This document shows positions 35,701-45,500 of a stretch of 64,000 nucleotides of DNA, one piece after another; the stretch's first letter is position 1; each line of letters starts with the position of its first letter. Location of the stretch: the NCBI GenBank assembly GCA_951804945.1, contig OX638153.1, positions 29,946,001-30,010,000 on the forward strand, in the 5' to 3' direction. The notes beneath the pieces were generated by a model that had not been told where the DNA came from, ran no database searches, and saw nothing but the letters and a program-made list of their open reading frames with translations. This stretch comes from Podarcis cretensis (taxonomy: Eukaryota). The position numbers and the translations under genes are program-made.

Positions 35701-36398
35701 GATATTCCATTCCATTCAGAGCAACACCATTACATGGTTAAAACATGCATTTTATCAGATTATGTCCAATAACTAGAGGCAGTGTAATTAACTTTTCAAT
35801 GGCATTTATAACATCCCTGGCCTGGTCTTGCTTGCTAGGGATGATGGGAGTTGTAGTTCAAAAGCAGCTGGAAGCCCAAGTTTGGGAAACTGATCTAAAC
35901 ACTAGTTAAAGTAAGAAACATGGCTTCTTTTTTTACAGAAATGCTCACTTTTGGAAGTTTTGAAACTTTCCTTTAATCAACTTTTGTTGGTCATTGTATG
36001 GAAGAAACATAAAAGAGGAAATAACAGGTTACCTTGAGGTGTCAAGAGGCAATATAAAATACTTTTCTTAACTTACTTTGATGCCTGGGGGGGGGGGATC
36101 TTCCATGTAGCTCAGAAAACTATCCCTTTATTTTATGTGATGTTTGCAAATACTGGTTTGTAAATTCAGTGCTGATTGTAGAGATAACAAAAAAATTGTT
36201 TTTTATTAGCAAACATGGCAAGATACAAGACGCTGGCAACTTTCTGTGGCAACGGAATTGCCCGAGCTTGAAGAATCACGTGACAGTGGCCGAAGTGGTG
36301 GCTCGGATTTCAGGAATGGAAGGCGAGGTGGCGGCCCCAACAGGCATGACAGATTCAGAAACAGGGGCCAAAAAAGAAGCCATAGCCGGGCTTTTTGA
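23375..36398 (+). CDS. DDX21: Nucleolar DEAD-box RNA helicase DDX21 (single DDX21/DDX50-type gene), 15 exons, 700 aa
   Basis: 15 GT-AG exons give 2103 nt in frame. Motifs: LFPVQ (Q motif), [42 protein letters not shown], a GUCT domain ([10 protein letters not shown]...GVCFDIP) and a DDX21-like end [13 protein letters not shown]...[10 protein letters not shown]. Confidence 0.95.
23838..24170 (+). mobile_element. CR1-type LINE 3' end in DDX21 intron 1
   Basis: cttcacgcagcgcatagtt...gatggccgccaacttggatggcttt...ggatgctggactagatgggccattggcctgatccagcaggct...ctta. Confidence 0.65.
24535..24792 (+). CDS. DDX21: DDX21 exon 2 (Lys/Glu-rich N-terminal region)
   Basis: tgtag|AAG GAT...[12 protein letters not shown]...DQDQ|gtgaga; 258 nt. 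Confidence 0.88.
25902..26160 (+). mobile_element. Tc1/pogo-type MITE, copy B
   Basis: ta|CCGTATTTTTCGCTCTATAAGA ... TCTTATAGAGCAAAAAATACGG|ta. Confidence 0.88.
26613..26688 (+). CDS. DDX21: DDX21 exon 3
   Basis: cag|[26 protein letters not shown]|gtgtgt; 76 nt. Confidence 0.93.
27996..28174 (+). CDS. DDX21: DDX21 exon 4 (Q motif, Walker A)
   Basis: [13 protein letters not shown]...[11 protein letters not shown]...RTPK|gtgagt; 179 nt. Confidence 0.95.
28459..28576 (+). CDS. DDX21: DDX21 exon 5
   Basis: [14 protein letters not shown]...[12 protein letters not shown]|gtaaga; 118 nt. Confidence 0.95.
28869..29045. mobile_element. Tigger-like MITE
   Basis: ta|CAGTCAAACCTCGG ... CCAAGGTTTGACTG|ta. 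Confidence 0.75.
29550..29735 (+). CDS. DDX21: DDX21 exon 6 (DEVD box)
   Basis: [17 protein letters not shown]...[13 protein letters not shown]; 186 nt; donor gtaact. Confidence 0.95.
30472..30617 (+). CDS. DDX21: DDX21 exon 7 (SAT motif)
   Basis: [15 protein letters not shown]...MNVE|gtaagt; 146 nt. Confidence 0.95.
30972..31121 (+). CDS. DDX21: DDX21 exon 8
   Basis: [24 protein letters not shown]...IFCETK...SIKQ|gtgcaa; 150 nt. Confidence 0.95.
31482..31643 (+). CDS. DDX21: DDX21 exon 9
   Basis: [15 protein letters not shown]...[15 protein letters not shown]...PPK|gtaaat; 162 nt. Confidence 0.95.
31890..32009 (+). CDS. DDX21: DDX21 exon 10 (motif VI)
   Basis: [19 protein letters not shown]...EQKA|gtaatt; 120 nt. 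Confidence 0.95.
32131..32204 (+). CDS. DDX21: DDX21 exon 11
   Basis: [26 protein letters not shown]|gtactt; 74 nt. Confidence 0.94.
32802..32882. mobile_element. Short palindromic MITE (GCTGCAATCC...GGATTGCAGC; PIF/Harbinger-like)
   Basis: Inverted ends with aagtaagcc.../gggtttgct core; related copies near 13800, 17960, 29170, 30780, 52610 and 62275. Confidence 0.6.
32969..33128 (+). CDS. DDX21: DDX21 exon 12
   Basis: [39 protein letters not shown]...NSDA|gtaaat; 160 nt. Confidence 0.95.
33324..33545 (+). mobile_element. tRNA-head SINE (Squam3/MIR-like)
   Basis: gccagtgtggtataatggg...cagcctagcctacctcacagggttgttgtggggattaaatg...gtgggatataaatgc. Confidence 0.75.
33895..34400 (-). mobile_element. 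L2-type LINE 3' fragment
   Basis: cacccttcatctgtggatcttagggcggttcaca tail and gttttcacctggagcctaaa...gaaggtgccagg body; a + strand copy of the same tail lies at about 55030-55130. Confidence 0.55.
34523..34657 (+). CDS. DDX21: DDX21 exon 13 (GUCT domain)
   Basis: [13 protein letters not shown]...[10 protein letters not shown]...LKGKT|gtaaga; 135 nt. Confidence 0.95.
35446..35490 (+). CDS. DDX21: DDX21 exon 14
   Basis: ttcag|[15 protein letters not shown]|gtgaga; 45 nt. Confidence 0.93.
36210..36398 (+). CDS. DDX21: DDX21 exon 15 (last coding exon)
   Basis: attag|[22 protein letters not shown]...[13 protein letters not shown] 36396-36398. Confidence 0.93.
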   Translation, partial: QTWQDTRRWQLSVATELPELEESRDSGRSGGSDFRNGRRGGGPNRHDRFRNRGQKRSHSRAF

Positions 36399-38519
36399 TC
36401 ATTTGTTAATATGTCATACACAACTGGGACTAAATCACTTGTTTTATCATAAGTAAAGTTGGTTACACTTTCCTATGTGCTTTTTATTGCTTTCTTAGAT
36501 ATGTCTCATTCATACTATTCTGGCGGCATAACTCACTTGTTGGGGTAGGGAAACTGGAGTGAATCGTTCTAGTTTTGAATGTTACTAGGTAATTTTGCAA
36601 TAAGGACTTGGGTCCAGAGTTTGCTTAATTCCCCCTGAAAAAAATTGCTCTGGGGGGGGGGTGTTAGAGGATCCTCTGGAACAATATGTGGCTCTAGGGG
36701 ACTGAACAGGGAGTGGGGAATTTGACAAACGTTGCCTCCTTCTCTCCTCTCCCCCATTCCACTAGCTAGATTTCACCACTCGATTAAAAAGCTGTGGACA
36801 GAAGGCACCATTGTTGTTTGCAGAATGCAAAGTCTGGATCCAACCCAAGGGCTGCTATGCCATCCCTTTGTGCTAGTTAGTGTGAGTGAATGGTGGTGTA
36901 GGATCAGGAGCCAGCTGTACTAAATGCGGTGGTGCTCAACCCCAATCTTCTACATTTTTCTTAAGGCCATAATCATGATCACTTTGCTTGGCTGCTGATA
37001 GATGGCACCACAACCTACAGCTTTCTGAGAGCTGTCAGGCCATTGTAGTAGCCTTGGAGGGAGGTGGTAGTGGGTGGTCCAGGCAAGCTTTGGATAAAGT
37101 TACAACTAGCCAGGGCAGCTGCTCATCAGCTGTCCTGCTCCGCTGCCCGCTTTACCCACTATGTTGTTTCAGCTTTGGTGGCAGAAGGCAAAGAGGTGGG
37201 AAGTGACAAGAGAGCGGTACGGTTGCTAGGGAGCTATCCTATCATGAGTGTTCTTCCACATCTCACCTGAGCCGTTGTCTTCTGCTTGCAGAAGGTCTCA
37301 ACTCAGTGGTGTGGGAGACTTGGTGAGGCCTAGAGGGATGTGGGAGCTTTGTGGGGAAGAGGTGGGGTTGGTGCGCCTTGGCACTGTTTTGTACCTCTTG
37401 ACATGGGGTGGGGAGCAGGAGGATAGACTAAAGAACATTGAAGCTATCGGCCTGGAGCAGGCTTGGGAATCTCCGTTTGATATTTCAGATCAAGATGTGT
37501 TAGTGGGACAATCACATTTCAGCTATGTGACATTGCAATTATGTCATGTGATGAGCTGGTGGGTTGCCCTGCCCATATGTCAAAGGAGGCCCACAGGTTG
37601 GAGCCAAACAGGTTCCCCACTCCTGGTCTAATGGGTAAGTGTGGGGGGTTGGTGAGGGGAAGGGTTGCTGTGGGTGACGGTTGTAGGTGGGTTTGGCAAG
37701 CAGCACAAGCTGCAGTGGACACCTAGTGTTGAGAGTGGGAGAGATAGGCTGCAATGCCCACCCCACCCTGCCTCAGAGCCAATCACATTATCACAACCCT
37801 GTGAATCTGAAATAGCACTGAAAATGTGACCCAACAGGCCACAAAGGACAGGTTTATATCACTAAACTCCAGAACAAGCTATTAGCTGCACATTTTTTTA
37901 AGAAGAATATAATTTATTATTTATACCCTGCTCATTTGGCTGGGTTTCCCCAGCCACTCTGGGTGTGGGTGGTTTTTAATGTTTGGTTTTAGACTGTTGT
38001 AACCCATTTTGGGACCTGCTGGTGAAGGGTAGATAATAAAATTACAACAGTACACATTAATAATATGCAACTACTATTATGTACTGCTTTTTTGCCCAAA
38101 GCCCTCTAAAAGCATGAAAATGCATCCTACAGAGGAGCATAAAGGGAAGTGCCATTGATCAGTAAATAAAACAACACAAGATTGCAAAATCACAACATTC
38201 GAGTGTGAAAAAAATCTTTCCCAAGTTAATTGACCGGTCTGGTAAATATTTTATATTTAAATATTAAACCATGGGGATTCTCCTGGATTCGGTCCCCTCT
38301 CCGAGGGTTTTGTGTTCCAAGTTAGGAACCACTGTAAATCTCTGGGCTATGAAAAATCTTTAGATCCGGTATTCAACCAAAGACGACAGAGTGTGGTGAC
38401 ACTCTTAAGGACACTTCAAACAACAGTCGTGGCTCCCCCCCCCCCCCCCCGCAAATTATCCTTCCAAAGCGTTAGCGTGTAGCGTGCCAGGAGTTACTGG
38501 GAGACCCCTATTCTCCCTC

Positions 38520-39500
38520 ACGGAGATAACCACAAAACTGCGCTTGAGCCCAATTTCTTCTGCAGTCGCGGTCTTTTCGCGCGCGTGGCCTTTGGCACCC
38601 ACCGCGGCCTCTGCTCCCTTCTCTCCGTCCCTCGGCCGCCTGTGACGTCACCCGCTCCCCGCGCCTCCATTTTAACTGAGGGAACGAGGTTGACGCGCAT
38701 GCGGACTACCCTTCGGGAGGGTTCTGGGCGGGCATAAAGCCAACTGATCGGGAGAGAGAGAGCGAGTGGAGGAGGCGAGAGACGAGCGAGGAAAGCGCAG
38801 CAGCCCGTTCAGTGGGAAGATGGCGACCCCCGCCGAGTGGGCCTCGCTGTGCGAGAAGTTCCGCAGCGCCGTCAACCTCTCCTACGTGGAGTCCAAGAAA
38901 GACCCGGAGACGGAGCCGTACCGCTCCAAGTACAGCGCCCGGGAGCTGCTGGAAGGCATCAAGCAGCAGCTGGGCTCCGAGGAGGCGGAAGGCAGCCCGG
39001 GAGGCGCCGGCAGAGGCGCGGCCGGGGCCGACGAGCAGGAGCGGCAGCGCGCCGTGGCGCTGGCCGCCGTGGAGTACGAGCTCGGGGTGAACCACACGGA
39101 CACGCAGGAGTACTCGGCCGGCGAGGAGCACCTGGTGAAGTGCGCGCAGCTGCTGGAGCCTCACCGCCTCTCCCGGGAGTGCGTCTCCCTCTACATCCAG
39201 GCCCAGGTGGGGCAAGGAAGGAAGGGGTCGTCGGTCGCTCCCCCTCCCGCAATAGCTCACCCCAAAAGGGGGCTCAGACCCACAACTGCGATGAGCGGTG
39301 GATAAGAAACAGGGTGCATGAACGTGTGCCCCCCCCCCAGCACACGCGCGCCAAACCTCTTTGCGTCGCTCGCGCTTGCGGTGTTTGGGATACTGCAGGT
39401 TCCTAAACCACAGAGTGCCGCATACTTGCCGGGGCATTTAAACATCAGCCCGGGCACGTGGCGCAGTGTGTACATTCATCGCCCACCCATCTTAACAGCA
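38520..39500. promoter_or_regulatory. CpG island / KIFBP promoter
   Basis: CpG-dense; full CRE TGACGTCA 38643-38650; NRF1-like GCGCATGCG 38695-38703; YY1-like AAGATGGCG over the start codon. Confidence 0.82.
38820..39206 (+). CDS. KIFBP: KIFBP exon 1
   Basis: aagATGgcg MATPAEWASLCEKF...SLYIQAQ|gtgggg; 387 nt. Confidence 0.93.
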
Positions 39501-42500
39501 AAGGTTTTCTTGGGCCGGGGCAGTCACCGTTTGTCCTGGGAGATGGCATCATTTGGAAGTCAGAAATCAACTGGGGAGAATGAGCTTTCCTGACCTGTGC
39601 AATTTTCCTTACGGGAATGGCTGTGTTTTTAGTTTTGTTAGCCTAATCGATTCTGCGGCATCTCTCCTCATTATGAAATCTAGTCGATGCATAATAGGCA
39701 TCTAAGACGAATAATATGCTGGCTTGGATCCAAAGTCGGATCTAATGGCTAGCGGAAGAGAGCAGGCAACGTTTGCTGGTTCTCTCATCCTCCTTCACCT
39801 CTTCCCACACTTCCGGTGTTCCTCCATATTAGAAGGGGGGGGGAGGAAAGGGGAAATCAGCAAAAAATATTCTTTCCTTCTCTCCTTTTCTTTGAACAGA
39901 GATTTTTGTCAGTAACTTAACTCACAGGATCTCAAGATCCAAGTTATTTGATTTGGCACTTTGGAACTCTTGTTGAAGTACTGGATGATGCCTCCAAAAG
40001 ATGTGTGGAATGTTACATAACAAACATTAACTGTCCACACTTTTAAAATCCATCAATGAATGAAGTTGTTTCCTCCCCATTCTTCTCATTGTTTTGCCTT
40101 TTTGTAAGGATAACCTTTGAACTGTTACCCATTCTATAGAAGTATTGTTGAAACTGCATATCAGTGTTGTAAATCCAGAAGGCTTTCTGTGTTTTGTTGC
40201 TGCTGCAGCCATGTGTCTGTTCTTCTTGTTTTAGTGCAAGGGGATGGCATGTGTCAAATTGGAGAAATGCAGTGCTGCAGTGCAAAGTATTAAGGGAGGG
40301 TTGAGCTGATGGTGATGGGAGACCATCCTCTGGAATATAGGTTTGCAAGGCAGTAACACTGTTACTTCAAGAAATGAAAAACAAATTTGCAGTTCATGTG
40401 CTTACAGTGATTATTTACTATTGCAGTTTGAGAGCTGAGTAACTCCACTCAAGAGAGTCTGTGGATCAAAATAATTTGTGTGCCAGTAGCAGGCTGTGTG
40501 TACACAGCATGTTTAAGGCTTCCCCCCAAAATTCTTCCAACAGTAATTTGTTAAGGGTGCTAGGAATAAGTATAGTATTAGTCTGGTTCTTGTATAGTAT
40601 GTAAGGGGGTGACCCCTCTTCCCTATTCATTGATGGTGGATTTGTGCCATTCATAGCTTTACAAAAAAATGTTTCAATTTCCCTCTTCTTTTGTAGAATA
40701 ACCTGGGCATCCTGTGGTCAGAAAGAGATAACATTAAAACAGCTCAGACTTACTTGGAATCTGCAGAGGCTTTATATAATCAGTACATGAAAGAGGTAAT
40801 GTGTTGTATGAGCATGTCTTATGTTTCTGTAATGTGGTGGCACCTCAAGGCGTAATCAAAGTTCTAATATCAATGAGTTGCAATCATTAAATAATAAACA
40901 GGCTTTCTGGATTACCGTATTTTTCGCTCTATAAGACGCACCTAGTTTTTGGAGGAGGAAAACAAGAAAAAAAATATTCTGAATCTCAGAAGCCAGAACA
41001 GCAAGAGGGATCACTGTGCAGTGAAAGCAGCAATCCCTCTTGCTGTTCTGGCTTCTGTAAAAGCTGCGCAGTCTGCATTCGCTCCATAAGATGCACACAC
41101 ATTTCCCCTTACTTTTTAGGAGGGAAAAAGTGAGTCTTATAGAGCAAAAATACGGTAATTGTTACTGAGCTTTGCAAGTTGAGAGGCCTGTTTTCTCATA
41201 TTATAAAATGAGACATTTTGATACAATATATGTGTTGTCAGGAGTTTTGATGCCTGAATTTTGAAAAATAATTGTAGTACTAAGTGAAAAATATATCTAC
41301 TGTTTAGATAGCTTCAAAATGGTTGGCATTTATGCAGAGTGTTCTGTGCAAACAGCTGACTAGAAAATCAGTGTCAATTCACAATTGCAGCTGTGCTTTC
41401 ATCCCTCTGTAACCACATAAAGCATCTATAAAACAGCTTAGGGACACTTCCATTATTAGTTATAATAACTGGAAAATTCTAAAAACACTTTGACTTATTG
41501 CTGTATGGCTAAAATGCAGTGCAGAGTTAGTTTTCTAAAAAAGAGCTTTTCTGTATTTCAGGAGGACTTCTAACAAGCTAAACTCCTTATGCATAACAAG
41601 CAGCCTTCTAAGTTGTTGACTCTGCTGTGCCATAGCATTAGCACAATGGAGCCTTTGTTATACCCTCGGGGGCGCTGTTTATGCACTGCCCTGCCTTTCT
41701 GCATTTCCAGTGTTTGTTCATTCTCCGACATTCTTAAAAGTGATGCTGAAAATATTTCACTTGTTTCATATTTACGCACTTGTCTTACTTTGCTGAATTT
41801 GCTTTTGACTAGAGATTTGCTTTTGACTAGAGATTTGCTTTTGACAGAAGAGGGGGTGTTAGGGTTTGCAGAACTCACAGGGTTAAGGAGTTCTGCATGA
41901 CGTCTGTCCATTCTGATTTGGAAGGAGGAAGGAGTTATTCCTCACTGCCAGTCTCTTTGTCTTTGAGAGAGACGGTGGTCGCCATGAGCGCTAGAAGTCC
42001 AGGAAATGTCTGAAGTGCCGTTTTGTTATCTAATTGCTGTAATAAAGGACTGAAAAATAAATACACAAGACTGGGTGTGTTTGAATCTTTTACACCGGAA
42101 GGGAAATCTTTTACACTGAGAGGGAAACGTGCCGGACCAAGATCGCTGTAAGCAGCTGGGGCTAATTGGGTTCGTAAAGCAATTAGCCACGTCACGCCAA
42201 TTATTCAACAGATGATGCTTTGGAGAAAGGCCTGAGAAGAACATACCTGCCTTCTTGTTTAATCCAGTGTAGTTCCTCTGTTTCTTAACAACCTACCTGT
42301 CACATTTAGAGTATTCTTCCTGGATTGTTGAATCTAGGTACCAGTGGCTCAACTTCCTGTGTGCTGGTTTATGTTCATGCTAAACCTGTCATCTCCCTAG
42401 TATCAAAACCCTACCTTGGGAGTTGTGTCCAGTCCCACTTGATCACCCTTGATTTGAAGTTAAATGTCTCACACCCTGTCAACTCATTTCCCTTAGTTGT

Positions 42501-45500
42501 ACTTGGTTGAAAATAAGAATTATTACCTTCTTCCAAATATGATGGGTGACCTTTCCCCCTTGCAAGTGCATTTAAGATAACATTGTGATATTGTATGTCA
42601 TAGGTTATTTAGAGAGGAAGCTGCTTTTATTTCTTTATGAAACTGTCTCTCCCCTCCCCCATTTTCTCTGTCCCTGATCTAATAAAGCTTCTTAATTCCG
42701 AACCTGTTATTTAACCAGATACTTTGACAGTGCTACACATGCAGACATAGGGCAACAAAACGATTGATGAATTGACAGGTTTAATGCTGCAACTCAGTGA
42801 CAGGGAGATAGATAAAGGTGACTGTAGGCAACTGCCCTGGTCTGAGTTTCACTTGAAAGCACTTACAGTTCACCCTGCCGAAGAGGTGAGGTAGTAGCCG
42901 GGTAGTGGTGGCAAAAGAAATCTGGGAGTCCAGACTTGTTCATCACACTTATAACGATGGAAGGGTTTGCAGCTCCAGAAAGACCTAAAGTGAAATGGAG
43001 GTAGAGGAACCAGATTTGTATTCAGAACATATTTCCAGAAATTTGTTGGATTTGTTAACTGTACATATGGGTCTTATTTATTGTTATTTGTTATTAAAAA
43101 AAATTATCTTGCTTTTCAGCAATTATGCCCTCAAAGTAACTTATTAAAGGTAGAAATTTGGGATATGTGGGGGCCAGTTGCTGCCCTCTCCCTGATTTTG
43201 CAAACTCCTCTATCTCTGTTAGCCCCAGCTCTACACCAATTAAAATAGGGCTAACTCAAAATGGCGTCTGCCACTATCCCGCCAGTTCCCAAGCAGAAAA
43301 AAGAAGCCGCCTTAGTGATTTGCAAAGAGAATAAAAGCAGCTACAAATTAAGCTTGAGAAATAAATTTATAACAGGGACATGTGACTACTTTGTGCTCTA
43401 GAGTTGTTCAAGAGCTTGAACTAATAACTGGATGTCAATATTAAATATGCTGTTCGTTCAGGGATATATTTCTCTTGTGTTGTTTTTACTTCCGTGTGAT
43501 GTCTTGTATCTAGTTGCAACCACTTTTGTCTTGAGTGCATTGAGTAGCACATAAAGCAAAAATTTCTGAAAGCATATTCTTCCAGAGTTTCTGGTTTGTT
43601 CATTGAGGTAAACTTTCTTTTTTTTCTATATTGTTACATTTACTGAAACTCTTGTTTAAATGCATCACATTCTTTCTGTCAGTGCTGCAGAGTTCAGAAG
43701 AAGTAACTGTTCAAGAGAATAGAACAGGTTTTTAGAAGAATCTGCAGTTAGAGATGCATGATTACAGGTTCTACAACACAATAGGGAAGAATGGATTTTT
43801 AAGAAAGAGATATGTCTTCTGGTTGGCTGTCCTGATACTTAGATGTTTTGTGCAATAAGAACATATTTCTGGATGTATCTTAACTTAATATTCTCTGCAG
43901 TACCAAAGTGCAGCCTGTAGAGAGCACAAATCCACTGTATGTATTTATTAAGTTCATATATGTTATATTTTGCAGAATGGGAATCCCCCGCTTGATTCCA
44001 GTGAACATTTTATGGATGAAGAAGAGAAACTTACTGACCAAGAAAGATCAAAAAGGTATATGTTGAATTGTAAAGTCAGAGATTGGGAGGGGTGTTTCTG
44101 TCTTAAAATTAAATCTAAACCCTCTGTTTCCCCAGATTTGAGAAAGTCTATACTCATACGTTATATTATCTGGCCCAAGTCTACCAGCACCTGGAGATGA
44201 TTGAGAAGGCTGCACAGTATTGCCATACCACCCTTAAACGGCAGCTTGAATATAGTGGCTACTATCCAGTAGAATGGGCTCTCAATGCAGCTACTTTGTC
44301 TCAGTATTATCTCACAAAGGTAGTCACTTCAATGTTTTCTTCAGTGTACCTAATTTGTTAAGGTGCTACCAATGTCAGAGTTGCTATTTGACCAGCTTTC
44401 AAAAAGCTATTGTTATATGTGGTATGAGTCTTATTGGCAGGCATTGGGTTGCATCATCTTCCACACTAAGTTACTTGCACTTAAGTTCCCTTTGAAATCC
44501 ATGGGACTGAAAGTCATGACTAACTTGCCTCATTCTTTTTGTAAGTCAATGTTCTTTCCTAGCTTTGTTGGCATTTACAGATGTCAAACGCACAGCCAAA
44601 AACATGAATAACAAAAAGGTCATGTTTCAGGAGAAGTGCATTAGAGAAATTTATTCCTCAAATTTGTTATGAGTGTGTATGTAAGGGTGGGGAGACTCTT
44701 TAGAAGACCTTTACCTGTTTGTCCTCAGCTTTCTTACTATACAGCGTTGCCAGATTATATCCCCAGATCCTTCAAAGATCACGCATTTGGGAAAACAATT
44801 GGGCAACTGAATTATTTCATTCTTAAATATTAAGAGAAAAATATCTTACTGTGTGCCAGGAACAAACACCACCATGTCTTCTCCTTACAGCAATGTTTCA
44901 TGGAGTCGAGGCATTGTTTAGCAGCTGCCAGTGTCATCTTTGGCCAAGCTGGACAGGTGCCATCTGCAGAGGACAGTAAGTCATCTCATTTTAATCCTCA
45001 CTGTAGTGGCTTTGAGTTATATGGCTTAGCAAAAATGTTGAATTCTCTGCTTGCTGTCCGTTTCAGTGCTGCATTGATTTTGTGGGACTGGGGGAAGAGG
45101 TTGCAATGTGAGAGGGTGAAGAGGTGCCCTTCAGCAAGGCTACACTTCTCTCTTGGGCTTGTACAGCTTTGAAACTAATGGTGCAGACTTGGGGCATAGT
45201 GGTGGTGCCGAGGAAATAGCTTTCAATATTTCAACTTTAGAGAGGGAGAGAAGATGTACAGTTTTCCTCTGTTCATAGAATTGTAGAGTTGAAAGGGACC
45301 CCAAGACTCACCTAGTCCAACCTTCTGCAATGCAAGAATCTCAACTAGATCATGCACGACAGATGGCCATCCACCCTGTGCTTAAAAACCTATAAGGAAG
45401 CAGAGTCCACCGCCTCTTGTGGGAGTCCCTTCCATTGTCAAAAGCTCTTACTCTCAGAAAGTCCTTCCTGATGTTTAGTCAGAATCTTCTTTCTTGTAAC

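Noticed and set aside
38706-39475. Alternative-frame and antisense ORFs over KIFBP exon 1
   Set aside because: Shadows of a GC-rich coding exon.
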